From: Escherichia coli
Lineage (GTDB): Bacteria > Pseudomonadota > Gammaproteobacteria > Enterobacterales > Enterobacteriaceae
Strand: one strand, 5' to 3'
NCBI RefSeq assembly: GCF_002854065.1
Contig: NZ_CP024147.1
DNA: 64,000 nt
The first letter of the stretch is position 1, and each line of letters begins with the position of its first letter. Positions 46,882-57,621 of the stretch are shown here, piece by piece. The notes below the pieces were generated by a model. The model was not told the DNA's origin, did no database searches, and was given only the letters and a program-made list of their open reading frames with translations. Made by a program: the position numbers and the translations under genes.

Positions 46882-47106
46882 ATGAGCGCGCTATTTCTGG
46901 CTATTCCATTAACCATTTTTGTGCTGTTTGTTTTACCGATCTGGTTATGGCTGCATTACAGCAATCGTTCTGGTCGCAGTGAATTGTCGCAAAGTGAGCA
47001 GCAGCGATTAGCGCAACTGGCTGATGAAGCAAAACGGATGCGCGAACGTATTCAGGCGCTGGAATCTATTCTTGATGCAGAACATCCGAACTGGAGGGAT
47101 CGCTAA
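46882..47106 (+). CDS. pspB: Phage shock protein B
   Basis: 74-aa single-pass membrane ORF. Confidence 0.9.
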   Translation: MSALFLAIPLTIFVLFVLPIWLWLHYSNRSGRSELSQSEQQRLAQLADEAKRMRERIQALESILDAEHPNWRDR

Positions 47107-47465
47107 TGGCGGGCATTAATCTCAATAAAAAATTATGGCGTATTCCACAGCAGGGCATGGTCCGTGGCGTCTGCGCCGGGATTGCCAACTATTTTGATGT
47201 ACCGGTAAAACTGGTGCGTATCCTGGTGGTGCTGTCGATTTTCTTCGGTCTGGCGCTGTTTACCCTGGTTGCTTACATCATTTTGTCATTTGCGCTTGAT
47301 CCAATTCCGGACAACATGGCCTTTGGTGAGCAGCTACCTTCCAGCAGCGAATTGCTGGATGAAGTCGACCGTGAACTGGCGGCAAGTGAAACGCGTTTAC
47401 GCGAGATGGAACGTTATGTCACTTCCGATACTTTCACGTTACGTAGCCGTTTCCGTCAACTGTGA
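47106..47465 (+). CDS. pspC: Phage shock protein C
   Basis: 119-aa ORF overlapping the pspB stop; PspC domain. Confidence 0.9.
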
Positions 47466-47473
47466 GGAAAGTT

Positions 47474-47695
47474 ATGAATACTCGCTGGCAACAGGCCGGG
47501 CAAAAGGTGAAGCCTGGTTTCAAATTAGCAGGCAAGCTGGTACTTCTTACCGCACTGCGCTATGGCCCGGCGGGTGTGGCGGGCTGGGCGATAAAATCAG
47601 TTGCTCGCCGACCGCTGAAAATGTTGCTGGCTGTGGCGCTGGAACCGCTGTTAAGTCGGGCTGCTAATAAACTGGCACAGCGTTATAAAAGGTGA
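47474..47695 (+). CDS. pspD: Phage shock protein D
   Basis: 73-aa product from ATG 47474 ([10 protein letters not shown]...). Confidence 0.8.
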
Positions 47696-47769
47696 GGGGA
47701 GTTTCGCAAAAATTGTTAAATCTCAGGCCTATAATGGATGGCAATTTTCATCCATAGAAGGACGCTTAC

Positions 47770-48084
47770 ATGTTTAAAAAAGGCTTACTTGCTCTGGCAC
47801 TGGTGTTTTCACTGCCCGTTTTTGCCGCTGAACACTGGATCGATGTTCGTGTTCCAGAGCAGTATCAGCAAGAGCACGTTCAGGGGGCCATCAATATTCC
47901 CCTGAAGGAAGTGAAAGAGCGCATTGCCACCGCCGTTCCCGATAAAAACGACACCGTGAAAGTGTATTGCAATGCCGGACGCCAGTCAGGGCAGGCAAAA
48001 GAGATCCTTAGCGAGATGGGATATACCCACGTTGAGAACGCCGGTGGCCTGAAAGACATCGCAATGCCGAAGGTCAAAGGTTAA
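47770..48084 (+). CDS. pspE: Thiosulfate sulfurtransferase PspE (rhodanese)
   Basis: 104-aa ORF with signal peptide and rhodanese active-site Cys (YCNAGRQS). Confidence 0.9.
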   Translation: MFKKGLLALALVFSLPVFAAEHWIDVRVPEQYQQEHVQGAINIPLKEVKERIATAVPDKNDTVKVYCNAGRQSGQAKEILSEMGYTHVENAGGLKDIAMPKVKG

Positions 48085-48202
48085 CAAATTACTTATTGAG
48101 CGGTGTAAACAACGCCGCTTATTCATTTGATAAATCAAAATTAACCCACATTATTATCTCCAGTATCTAATCCTTTCTACAGCTTTCTGGCACAGGACAG
48201 CA

Positions 48203-49600
48203 ATGAAGCGACTTAAAAATGAACTTAATGCGCTGGTGAATCGGGGTGTCGACAGACATCTGCGCCTCGCCGTAACCGGACTTAGCCGCAGCGGCAAAAC
48301 GGCGTTTATCACTGCGATGGTCAATCAGTTGCTCAATATTCACGCCGGAGCACGCTTGCCGCTGTTAAGCGCGGTGCGTGAAGAACGGCTGCTGGGCGTA
48401 AAACGCATTCCCCAGCGTGACTTTGGCATTCCGCGCTTCACCTATGATGAAGGGCTGGCGCAGTTATATGGCGATCCACCTGCCTGGCCAACGCCAACGC
48501 GCGGCGTCAGCGAAATTCGCCTGGCGCTACGTTTTAAATCGAACGATTCGCTGCTACGCCACTTTAAGGATACCTCCACGCTGTATCTGGAGATTGTGGA
48601 TTATCCCGGCGAATGGTTGCTCGACCTGCCGATGCTGGCGCAGGACTATTTAAGCTGGTCGCGCCAGATGACGGGCTTACTTAATGGTCAGCGCGGCGAA
48701 TGGTCGGCGAAATGGCGAATGATGTGCGAAGGGCTGGACCCGCTAGCGCCTGCCGACGAAAACCGGCTGGCAGACATTGCCGCCGCGTGGACCGATTATC
48801 TCCACCACTGTAAACAGCAGGGGCTGCACTTTATTCAGCCTGGGCGCTTTGTCTTGCCGGGGGATATGGCAGGTGCGCCCGCGCTGCAATTCTTCCCGTG
48901 GCCGGATGTCGATGCCTGGGGCGAGTCCAAACTCGCGCAGGCCGATAAGCACACCAATGCCGGAATGCTGCGCGAGCGGTTTAATTATTACTGCGAGAAA
49001 GTGGTGAAGGGGTTCTATAAGAATCATTTTCTGCGCTTTGACCGCCAGATTGTGCTGGTGGATTGCCTGCAACCTCTCAACAGTGGGCCACAGGCATTTA
49101 ATGATATGCGTCTGGCGCTGACGCAGCTGATGCAAAGTTTCCACTATGGGCAGCGTACCCTGTTCAGGCGTTTGTTTTCGCCGGTTATCGATAAGCTATT
49201 GTTTGCTGCCACTAAAGCGGACCATGTGACCATCGATCAGCACGCCAATATGGTTTCATTGCTGCAACAACTAATTCAGGATGCCTGGCAAAATGCGGCG
49301 TTCGAAGGGATCAGCATGGATTGCCTGGGGCTGGCGTCAGTTCAGGCGACCACCAGTGGCATTATTGATGTTAACGGTGAGAAAATCCCGGCGCTGCGCG
49401 GTAATCGACTTAGCGATGGCGCACCGCTCACTGTTTATCCTGGCGAAGTTCCCGCACGTTTGCCTGGTCAGGCGTTCTGGGATAAGCAAGGCTTCCAGTT
49501 TGAGGCATTTCGTCCGCAGGTGATGGATGTCGACAAACCACTACCGCATATTCGTCTTGATGCTGCGCTGGAATTTTTAATAGGAGATAAATTGCGATGA
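48203..49600 (+). CDS. ycjX: YcjX (P-loop NTPase)
   Basis: 465-aa ORF with Walker A (GLSRSGKT); 4-nt overlap with ycjF. Confidence 0.85.
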   Translation: MKRLKNELNALVNRGVDRHLRLAVTGLSRSGKTAFITAMVNQLLNIHAGARLPLLSAVREERLLGVKRIPQRDFGIPRFTYDEGLAQLYGDPPAWPTPTRGVSEIRLALRFKSNDSLLRHFKDTSTLYLEIVDYPGEWLLDLPMLAQDYLSWSRQMTGLLNGQRGEWSAKWRMMCEGLDPLAPADENRLADIAAAWTDYLHHCKQQGLHFIQPGRFVLPGDMAGAPALQFFPWPDVDAWGESKLAQADKHTNAGMLRERFNYYCEKVVKGFYKNHFLRFDRQIVLVDCLQPLNSGPQAFNDMRLALTQLMQSFHYGQRTLFRRLFSPVIDKLLFAATKADHVTIDQHANMVSLLQQLIQDAWQNAAFEGISMDCLGLASVQATTSGIIDVNGEKIPALRGNRLSDGAPLTVYPGEVPARLPGQAFWDKQGFQFEAFRPQVMDVDKPLPHIRLDAALEFLIGDKLR

Positions 49601-50658
49601 CCGAACCGTTAAAACCACGTATTGATTTCGACGGTCCGCTGGAGGTCGATCAGAATCCAAAATTCAGGGCGCAGCAGACCTTTGACGAAAATCAGGCGCA
49701 AAATTTTGCCCCGGCCACGCTCGACGAAGCGCAGGAAGAAGAGGGGCAAGTCGAAGCGGTAATGGACGCAGCGTTACGTCCGAAACGCAGCCTGTGGCGC
49801 AAAATGGTGATGGGCGGGCTGGCTCTGTTTGGCGCAAGCGTTGTCGGGCAGGGTATACAGTGGACAATGAATGCCTGGCAAACTCAGGACTGGGTGGCGC
49901 TGGGTGGATGTGCCGCTGGGGCATTGATTATCGGCGCTGGCGTAGGTTCTGTGGTAACAGAGTGGCGGCGCTTATGGCGCTTGCGACAGCGCGCCCATGA
50001 ACGCGACGAAGCGCGTGATTTATTGCATAGCCACGGAACCGGCAAAGGCCGCGCATTTTGCGAAAAACTGGCGCAGCAGGCGGGCATCGATCAGTCACAT
50101 CCGGCGCTGCAACGCTGGTATGCCTCAATCCATGAAACGCAAAACGACCGTGAAGTGGTCAGTTTGTATGCGCATTTGGTCCAGCCAGTTTTAGATGCCC
50201 AGGCGCGGCGCGAAATCAGCCGTTCGGCAGCGGAATCAACGTTGATGATTGCGGTCAGCCCGCTGGCGCTGGTGGATATGGCATTTATCGCCTGGCGCAA
50301 TCTGCGTTTGATTAATCGCATCGCCACGCTGTATGGCATTGAACTGGGATATTACAGCCGTTTGCGCCTGTTCAAGCTGGTATTGCTGAATATCGCTTTC
50401 GCCGGAGCCAGCGAATTGGTGCGCGAAGTGGGGATGGACTGGATGTCGCAAGATCTCGCTGCTCGTTTGTCTACCCGCGCAGCTCAGGGGATTGGTGCTG
50501 GGCTTCTGACGGCACGACTCGGGATTAAAGCTATGGAGCTTTGCCGCCCGCTGCCGTGGATTGACGATGACAAACCTCGCCTCGGGGATTTCCGTCGTCA
50601 GCTTATCGGTCAGGTGAAAGAAACGCTGCAAAAAGGCAAAACGCCCAGCGAAAAATAA
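49597..50658 (+). CDS. ycjF: YcjF (UPF0283 membrane protein)
   Basis: 353-aa ORF, translationally coupled to ycjX. Confidence 0.85.
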   Translation: MTEPLKPRIDFDGPLEVDQNPKFRAQQTFDENQAQNFAPATLDEAQEEEGQVEAVMDAALRPKRSLWRKMVMGGLALFGASVVGQGIQWTMNAWQTQDWVALGGCAAGALIIGAGVGSVVTEWRRLWRLRQRAHERDEARDLLHSHGTGKGRAFCEKLAQQAGIDQSHPALQRWYASIHETQNDREVVSLYAHLVQPVLDAQARREISRSAAESTLMIAVSPLALVDMAFIAWRNLRLINRIATLYGIELGYYSRLRLFKLVLLNIAFAGASELVREVGMDWMSQDLAARLSTRAAQGIGAGLLTARLGIKAMELCRPLPWIDDDKPRLGDFRRQLIGQVKETLQKGKTPSEK

Positions 50659-50717
50659 TACAATATCGGGTGCTGACCGGATATCTTTACGCCGAAGTGC
50701 CCGTTTTTCCGTCTTTG

Positions 50718-50735
50718 TGTCAATGATTGTTGACA
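50718..50735 (+). promoter_or_regulatory. TyrR-box-like palindrome upstream of tyrR
   Basis: TGTCAA-N6-TTGACA resembles the TyrR box consensus TGTAAA-N6-TTTACA; about 70 bp upstream of the tyrR ATG. Confidence 0.5.
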
Positions 50736-50805
50736 GAAACCTTCCTGCTATCCAAATAGTGTCATATCATCATATTAATTGTTCTTTTTTCAGGTGAAGG
50801 TTCCC

Positions 50806-52347
50806 ATGCGTCTGGAAGTCTTTTGTGAAGACCGACTTGGTCTGACCCGCGAATTACTCGATCTACTCGTGCTAAGAGGCATTGATTTACGCGGTATTGA
50901 GATTGACCCCATTGGGCGAATCTACCTCAATTTTGCTGAACTGGAGTTTGAGAGTTTCAGCAGTCTGATGGCCGAAATACGCCGTATTGCAGGTGTTACC
51001 GATGTGCGTACTGTCCCGTGGATGCCTTCCGAACGTGAGCATCTGGCGTTGAGCGCGTTACTGGAGGCGTTGCCCGAACCTGTGCTCTCTGTCGATATGA
51101 AAAGCAAAGTGGATATGGCGAATCCGGCGAGCTGTCAGCTTTTTGGGCAAAAATTGGATCGCCTGCGCAACCATACCGCCGCACAATTGATTAACGGCTT
51201 TAATTTTTTACGTTGGCTGGAAAGCGAACCGCAAGATTCGCATAACGAGCATGTCGTTATTAATGGGCAGAATTTCCTGATGGAGATTACGCCTGTTTAT
51301 CTTCAGGATGAAAATGATCAACACGTTCTGACCGGTGCGGTGGTGATGTTGCGATCAACGATTCGTATGGGCCGCCAGTTGCAAAATGTCGCCGCCCAGG
51401 ACGTCAGCGCCTTCAGTCAAATTGTCGCCGTCAGCCCGAAAATGAAGCACGTTGTCGAACAGGCGCAGAAACTGGCGATGCTAAGCGCGCCGCTGCTGAT
51501 TACGGGTGACACAGGTACAGGTAAAGATCTCTTTGCCTACGCCTGCCATCAGGCAAGCCCCAGAGCAGGCAAACCTTACCTGGCGCTGAACTGTGCGTCT
51601 ATACCAGAAGATGCGGTCGAGAGTGAACTGTTTGGTCATGCTCCGGAAGGGAAGAAAGGATTCTTTGAGCAGGCGAACGGTGGTTCGGTGCTGTTGGATG
51701 AAATAGGGGAAATGTCACCACGGATGCAGGCGAAATTACTGCGTTTCCTTAATGATGGCACTTTCCGTCGGGTTGGCGAAGACCATGAGGTGCATGTCGA
51801 TGTGCGGGTGATTTGCGCTACGCAGAAGAATCTGGTCGAACTGGTGCAAAAAGGCGTGTTCCGTGAAGATCTCTATTATCGTCTGAACGTGTTGACGCTT
51901 AATCTGCCGCCGCTACGTGACTGTCCGCAGGACATCATGCCGTTAACCGAGCTGTTCGTTGCCCGCTTTGCCGACGAGCAGGGCGTGCCGCGTCCGAAAC
52001 TGGCCGCTGACCTGAATACTGTACTTACGCGTTATGCGTGGCCGGGAAATGTGCGGCAGTTAAAGAACGCTATCTATCGCGCACTGACACAACTGGACGG
52101 CTATGAGCTGCGTCCTCAGGATATTTTGTTGCCGGATTATGACGCCGCAACGGTAGCCGTGGGCGAAGATGCGATGGAAGGTTCGCTGGACGAAATTACC
52201 AGCCGTTTTGAACGCTCGGTATTAACCCAGCTTTATCGCAATTATCCCAGCACGCGCAAACTGGCAAAACGTCTCGGCGTTTCACATACCGCGATTGCCA
52301 ATAAGTTGCGGGAATATGGTCTGAGTCAGAAGAAGAACGAAGAGTAA
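50806..52347 (+). CDS. tyrR: Transcriptional regulator TyrR (ACT-PAS-AAA+-HTH)
   Basis: 513-aa product from ATG 50806 (MRLEVFCEDRLG...); ATPase motifs (GDTGTGKD). Confidence 0.9.
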   Translation: MRLEVFCEDRLGLTRELLDLLVLRGIDLRGIEIDPIGRIYLNFAELEFESFSSLMAEIRRIAGVTDVRTVPWMPSEREHLALSALLEALPEPVLSVDMKSKVDMANPASCQLFGQKLDRLRNHTAAQLINGFNFLRWLESEPQDSHNEHVVINGQNFLMEITPVYLQDENDQHVLTGAVVMLRSTIRMGRQLQNVAAQDVSAFSQIVAVSPKMKHVVEQAQKLAMLSAPLLITGDTGTGKDLFAYACHQASPRAGKPYLALNCASIPEDAVESELFGHAPEGKKGFFEQANGGSVLLDEIGEMSPRMQAKLLRFLNDGTFRRVGEDHEVHVDVRVICATQKNLVELVQKGVFREDLYYRLNVLTLNLPPLRDCPQDIMPLTELFVARFADEQGVPRPKLAADLNTVLTRYAWPGNVRQLKNAIYRALTQLDGYELRPQDILLPDYDAATVAVGEDAMEGSLDEITSRFERSVLTQLYRNYPSTRKLAKRLGVSHTAIANKLREYGLSQKKNEE

Positions 52348-52352
52348 GCGCG

Positions 52353-52388
52353 AATATGCCTGATGGTGCAACACCATCAGGCATATTA
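52353..52388. terminator. Bidirectional hairpin between convergent tyrR and tpx
   Basis: Perfect inverted repeat AATATGCCTGATGGTG-CAA-CACCATCAGGCATATT. Confidence 0.65.
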
Positions 52389-52390
52389 AC

Positions 52391-52897
52391 TTATGCTTTC
52401 AGTACAGCCAGAGCTGCTTCGTAATCCGGCTCGGTGGTGATTTCATCCACCAGCTGACTGAAAATCACATTGTCATTTTCATCAATAACCACAACGGCAC
52501 GCGCTGCCAGACCTTTCAGTGGGCCATCAGCAATTGCCACACCGTAGGCTTGCAGGAATTCAGCGTTACGGAAAGTGGAGAGGGTGATAACGTTGTTCAG
52601 ACCTTCTGCGCCGCAGAAACGAGACTGGGCGAACGGCAGATCGGCAGAGATACACAGCACAACGGTGTTGTCGATCTCGGTTGCCAGTTGGTTAAACTTA
52701 CGTACTGATGCGGCGCAAACACCGGTATCAATACTCGGGAAAATGTTCAGCACTTTGCGTTTACCCGCAAACTGACCGAGGGTGACGTCAGACAGATCTT
52801 TTGCCACGAGAGTAAAAGTCTGCGCTTTGCTACCCGCCTGCGGGATGGAGTTGGCGACTGTAACCGGGTTGCCCTGGAAATGAACGGTTTGTGACAT
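52391..52897 (-). CDS. tpx: Thiol peroxidase
   Basis: 168-aa ORF; peroxiredoxin with peroxidatic Cys (TGVCAASV). Confidence 0.9.
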   Translation of the reverse strand: MSQTVHFQGNPVTVANSIPQAGSKAQTFTLVAKDLSDVTLGQFAGKRKVLNIFPSIDTGVCAASVRKFNQLATEIDNTVVLCISADLPFAQSRFCGAEGLNNVITLSTFRNAEFLQAYGVAIADGPLKGLAARAVVVIDENDNVIFSQLVDEITTEPDYEAALAVLKA

Positions 52898-53015
52898 GAT
52901 TATCTTTCCTGTTTACATATAGTTAACGTCACACCTAGTTTATGCTAACTGTCAATAACACAGCAAACGCTATTTGCGCTTAATCCGCAGACCACTGCGA
53001 CAACAAGGAGTAAAG

Positions 53016-53981
53016 ATGAGAACCGTTAAGGTATTTGAGGAAGCCTGGCCCTTACATACCCCGTTTGTGATTGCCCGGGGAAGTCGCAGTGAAGCGCGCG
53101 TGGTGGTGGTTGAACTGGAAGAAGAGGGTATTAAAGGCACCGGCGAATGCACGCCGTATCCGCGTTATGGAGAAAGTGATGCCTCGGTAATGGCGCAAAT
53201 TATGAGCGTCGTACCGCAATTAGAGAAAGGGCTGACACGGGAGGAGTTGCAAAAAATTCTCCCTGCCGGCGCAGCACGTAATGCGCTGGATTGTGCATTG
53301 TGGGATCTGGCCGCGCGAAAACAGCAGCAATCGCTGGCTGATTTGATCGGCATAACGCTTCCCGAGACAGTTATCACTGCACAGACGGTTGTCATCGGTA
53401 CGCCTGATCAGATGGCCAATAGTGCATCAACACTCTGGCAGGCCGGCGCGAAATTACTGAAAGTGAAGCTGGATAACCATCTTATCAGTGAGCGGATGGT
53501 GGCAATTCGCACAGCTGTGCCCGATGCCACGCTGATCGTTGATGCAAATGAATCCTGGCGTGCAGAAGGGTTGGCGGCACGTTGCCAGCTATTGGCGGAT
53601 TTAGGCGTTGCGATGCTTGAACAACCGCTTCCTGCGCAGGACGATGCGGCGCTGGAGAATTTTATTCATCCGTTGCCGATTTGTGCTGATGAAAGTTGTC
53701 ATACTCGTAGCAATCTGAAGGCGCTGAAAGGGCGCTATGAGATGGTTAATATTAAGCTCGATAAAACCGGTGGTCTGACGGAAGCGCTGGCGCTGGCAAC
53801 TGAAGCGCGTGCACAAGGTTTTCGTCTGATGCTGGGCTGCATGTTGTGTACCTCTCGTGCCATTAGCGCCGCTTTACCGCTGGTGCCGCAGGTCAGTTTC
53901 GCCGATCTTGACGGACCGACCTGGCTGGCGGTAGATGTGGAACCGGCGCTTCAGTTCACGACGGGCGAATTGCATCTTTAG
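53016..53981 (+). CDS. ycjG: L-Ala-D/L-Glu epimerase (enolase superfamily)
   Basis: 321-aa product from ATG 53016 (MRTVKVFEEAW...); 3' end overlaps convergent mpaA by 26 bp. Confidence 0.85.
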   Translation: MRTVKVFEEAWPLHTPFVIARGSRSEARVVVVELEEEGIKGTGECTPYPRYGESDASVMAQIMSVVPQLEKGLTREELQKILPAGAARNALDCALWDLAARKQQQSLADLIGITLPETVITAQTVVIGTPDQMANSASTLWQAGAKLLKVKLDNHLISERMVAIRTAVPDATLIVDANESWRAEGLAARCQLLADLGVAMLEQPLPAQDDAALENFIHPLPICADESCHTRSNLKALKGRYEMVNIKLDKTGGLTEALALATEARAQGFRLMLGCMLCTSRAISAALPLVPQVSFADLDGPTWLAVDVEPALQFTTGELHL

Positions 53982-54684
53982 GATGCCAGCGCAGCAAGTT
54001 TGCCATCGCAAAGAGATATTTTTCGCTGGCTTCGTCGGAGGAGATGGGCGGAAACTCTGCGGTGATGCAATGCAAGTTGAGATCTGCACACCAACTGCCG
54101 AAAGAGCCAGGCGTTTCATAACCGACGCTGGTTACCAGAGGCAATTCAAACGCCTGGGCCAGCCATTCGCCTAATTCGCTGTGTCTGGGATCTTCAATAC
54201 AAGCCAGTGGATCATGGAATGAGACCACCCAGGCAGGTTGAATGCGGTGTATAAGCTGGCACAGCGCCTGGGTTTCAGGTTCGGAGCCAGGTTTGTCACC
54301 TGTCAGTAATACGACATCACGTTCTTCAGCGGCGCTGTTCCAGCGATAAACCGTTTCACCTTCCTTCCAGTTCGCCGCCGGAAAGTTTCTGTTTAAATCC
54401 ACACCATTAGCATTGGCCCGTAACCCCAGCTGGCAGCCGTCAGGATTCACACACAGCACCACATGATGGCGGCGCAAAGAAGGTGTCAAAGTCCGCAGAG
54501 CACAGGAGAGCGTGACGACCGAAGAGTTTTCATCACCGTGAGTGCCAGCCAGAATCAAACCACTTTCGCGACTGGCTGCAGGGGCCGGAAACCAGATTAA
54601 CGGCGCGCCCAATAATGAACGTCCGTAATGTTCTGTTCCGGGCGGAAATGCGCCGCGTTCGGCGCGTGGGCGGGTTACGGTCAT
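53956..54684 (-). CDS. mpaA: Murein peptide amidase A (zinc carboxypeptidase family)
   Basis: 242-aa product from the Met at 54684 (MTVTRPRAERG...); ORF-track frame extends to 54744. Confidence 0.85.
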   Translation of the reverse strand: MTVTRPRAERGAFPPGTEHYGRSLLGAPLIWFPAPAASRESGLILAGTHGDENSSVVTLSCALRTLTPSLRRHHVVLCVNPDGCQLGLRANANGVDLNRNFPAANWKEGETVYRWNSAAEERDVVLLTGDKPGSEPETQALCQLIHRIQPAWVVSFHDPLACIEDPRHSELGEWLAQAFELPLVTSVGYETPGSFGSWCADLNLHCITAEFPPISSDEASEKYLFAMANLLRWHPKDAIRPS

Positions 54685-54974
54685 GATCGTCTCTGGTTCA
54701 GGAAGTATTACAGGCAGTGTTGTGCAAATTTTGCGGATTATCAAATCCTTTTCTTCAACGCTATGTCATCGATCTTGTATCACTTTTTTGCCGGAAGTTG
54801 TTTGTATTTTCATTGATGTGCAGATATTAGAATTGTCGTAATGTTATATACATGGCGTATTTTATTCTTACTGGTTCTACACATGTTAATCGCATCTGAT
54901 TGATCAGTTCACCTTAATAAGTTTAATAAATCGTACTGCACATAGTACAGTACGATGGTAGCTATATAATTGAT

Positions 54975-55625
54975 TTACATGAAGAATGGCTTATCGCCAT
55001 CAGTCCCGGGTTGATTGATGCCTATATTCTCACCAATGTGTTTCTCAGGTTTATCGATGATATCTGTGATTAATGCGGCGACACTCTTACGCGATACGAT
55101 CGTACCTTTGAATAGTTCATTGCGTGAGGTAATCTCGTAATCAATAATATCTTCATCAGTCAGCCAGGCAGGGCGAAGAATTGTATAATCCAGTCCAGAA
55201 GCCTCAATTGCATCCGCAGCCCTGCGGAATGGTTTTAGGGGCTCACCAATAACTGCATTATTCCATTCGCCAAATTTTCCTGGAACTTCATCATAAATGC
55301 CGAGGGAAAGAACAAAGATCAGACGTTTAACATCACAGGCTTTCATCGCAGCGATCACTGAATTTGCCTGAATATCTAAATCTTCCCCCGTAAGGTTGGC
55401 ATACACAATATCCTGTCCCTGCATGGCCTGCTTCAGTGCTGCATGATTCAGTACATCCCCCATAATAATCTGGCTATTAGTTGGATAGGGTTTGTGTATT
55501 TTTGCTGGCTGACGAGCAAATAAAGTTTGTTTAATGGTTTGTTTATCTGCCAGTTGATTAATCACATGGCGGGCTATCTGACCGCCAGCACCAAGAATGA
55601 GTACATTTTTCATAATATTTCTCAT
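54975..55625 (-). CDS. ymjC: NAD(P)-binding (NmrA/atypical SDR-like) protein
   Basis: 216-aa ORF with Rossmann motif (LILGAGGQIARHV). Sits where K-12 has the ymjC remnant in the ycjY-ymjD-ymjC-mpaA operon; gene symbol assigned from position (from memory). Confidence 0.6.
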   Translation of the reverse strand: MRNIMKNVLILGAGGQIARHVINQLADKQTIKQTLFARQPAKIHKPYPTNSQIIMGDVLNHAALKQAMQGQDIVYANLTGEDLDIQANSVIAAMKACDVKRLIFVLSLGIYDEVPGKFGEWNNAVIGEPLKPFRRAADAIEASGLDYTILRPAWLTDEDIIDYEITSRNELFKGTIVSRKSVAALITDIIDKPEKHIGENIGINQPGTDGDKPFFM

Positions 55626-55630
55626 GAAAC

Positions 55631-56564
55631 TTATCCCAGATGGGTGTTGAGAAAAGGAATAACTTTTTCCAGCGCCTCCTGAACTGCTTCCGGTTTGTCA
55701 TACAGTTCATAATGTGAGAAATCGGGTAATGAAACTAACTGACGATCCTGCGAAACCATCGCCCGGCCATAGACTTCCAGTCCATCACGATAAGCACCGA
55801 AGGCACCGACTTTTTCACCAACTACTACCATCACCGGCTGAGTCAGTAACACTTCAGTAAATGCGAAGGCATCCCAGGCCAGCGTTTTCTGTGCATGTGA
55901 GAACAACATTTTTGTCGCACCTCCCGGTTGTTGCCCGCGTGGTGTTTTATAGTAGTCAGTTGCTTCATAAACATCGCGTTCGGTCAGTCCATGGGCTTTT
56001 GCTGCATCCAGGCTGGCGGGAAGTAATTCGTTGATCTGTAATTCTCCACCACGAGCCTCTTTGGTTCGTTGCGACGCCATTGCATTCAATGCGCCAATCG
56101 GATCGTAATTGCTGAAACCTTCCCGAAAAAGACGCCCGATATTAACACCCGTAATACTCACTACAGCTTTAATTCGTTTTTCTGTCAGCGCGGCATTAAT
56201 GGCATAGCCACCCCCCCCCACACACACCCAGCACGCCAATGCGTTCAGCATCAACATATGGCAGAGTTACTGCATAATCGATAACACGGCTAATATCCTC
56301 TACGCGCTGTGTCGGATCTTCTATCCAACGAGGCTCCCCACCAGATTCTCCCTGGAAACTGGCGTCATAAGCGAGAACGACATAGCCTTTTTCAGCCAAT
56401 GCCTTGCCATAGATATTGCCAGACGTCTGCTCCTTACAACTGCCAAAAGGATGGACGCTGATAATCGCCGGATACTGTTTTGACTCATCAAAATTTGGTG
56501 GAAACTGAATATTGGCAGCAATATGCCAGGCCATATCACTATTGCGGATTTGAATATGTTTCAT
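55631..56564 (-). pseudogene. ymjD: alpha/beta-hydrolase gene (ycjY paralogue) split by a +1 frameshift in a G9 homopolymer
   Basis: ORF-track fragments 56196..56564 and 55631..56257 are both homologous to YcjY and are joined across a C9 run at 56211-56219 (G9 on the coding strand); removing one base restores a ~310-aa frame. Confidence 0.7.
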
Positions 56565-57496
56565 TACAGAGTTTCCTCAAAGAACGGAGCTAATACTGAA
56601 ATTGCTTCAGCCACATAGGCTTTGCCGTCATAAAGATCCATATGGTTTGCGCCTTCAACAATGTGATAGCGTTTATCCTGGCTTGATGCCCGATCGTACA
56701 GGTCGTCACTCATCCATTTGCTCCCTGCCTGGCTGCCCGCCACAATCTGCGTCGGCTGAGTCAGGTACACTTCCGCCATATGGTAAGCATCATAGGTAAT
56801 AATCTGGTTAAGGCTGCGCAAAGTAGCGTAACCCGGTGCTGTTGGATACTGCGCGCGAGGGGTGTGGTAATACTCCCAGGCCTGACGCAGTTCTTCGTTC
56901 GGCGCATCGGACTCCTTCATTGGTGCCAGTGGCATAATGGCGTATTCTCCGCTGCTAATATCGCTGGTTCTGGCGTTTGAACCCGCGTCAACGTATGGCA
57001 GGGCATCAATAGATTTCACATTGTTTTCCCAACCATTACGGAACATCGAACCAATATTGACCGCACTAACGGTACCGATGGCCTTGATGCGGCGATCCTG
57101 AATTGCAGCATTGGCTGTATATCCTGCACCGGCACAAATTCCCATCGCACCAATTCGGGTATTGTCGACATAAGAAAGCGTTGTCAGGTAATCAATCACG
57201 GCACTGACGTCTTCAGTACGAATGTATGGGTTTTCTAACTGACGCGGCTCGCCGCCACTTTCACCCTGATAAGATGCGTCATAAGCAATAGTGACAAATC
57301 CCTTTTCCGCCAGTTTTTCGGCATAGGTCCCGGCCGTTTGTTCTTTAACGCCCCCACCTGGGTGAGATACCACAATTGCCGGATGCTGACGGGTTTCATC
57401 AAATTTTGGAGGGAAATAGATCACTGCAGACAAAGAGATGGTTGGATTATTGCTGTTAGTGAAGCTGACTTTATTATTCATCATTCCGTTCCTCAT
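56564..57496 (-). CDS. ycjY: alpha/beta hydrolase (dienelactone hydrolase-like)
   Basis: 310-aa ORF; first gene of the operon, divergent from the LysR regulator gene. Confidence 0.85.
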   Translation of the reverse strand: MRNGMMNNKVSFTNSNNPTISLSAVIYFPPKFDETRQHPAIVVSHPGGGVKEQTAGTYAEKLAEKGFVTIAYDASYQGESGGEPRQLENPYIRTEDVSAVIDYLTTLSYVDNTRIGAMGICAGAGYTANAAIQDRRIKAIGTVSAVNIGSMFRNGWENNVKSIDALPYVDAGSNARTSDISSGEYAIMPLAPMKESDAPNEELRQAWEYYHTPRAQYPTAPGYATLRSLNQIITYDAYHMAEVYLTQPTQIVAGSQAGSKWMSDDLYDRASSQDKRYHIVEGANHMDLYDGKAYVAEAISVLAPFFEETL

Positions 57497-57621
57497 GGAG
57501 TTGTCGGTTCGTTTTAACGGTTGGTGATATCACTATAGATATTGATCATTAAGTTGATTAGACCCAAAATCATGATTAGACCTATCATTTAAATGATTAA
57601 TAGATTGTATGGAGATACTGA

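Noticed and set aside
54941..54966. Inverted repeat TCGTACTG-N9-CAGTACGA between ymjC and mpaA
   Set aside because: Short arms in an AT-rich intergenic region; it could be a terminator or binding site, but the evidence is too weak to call.
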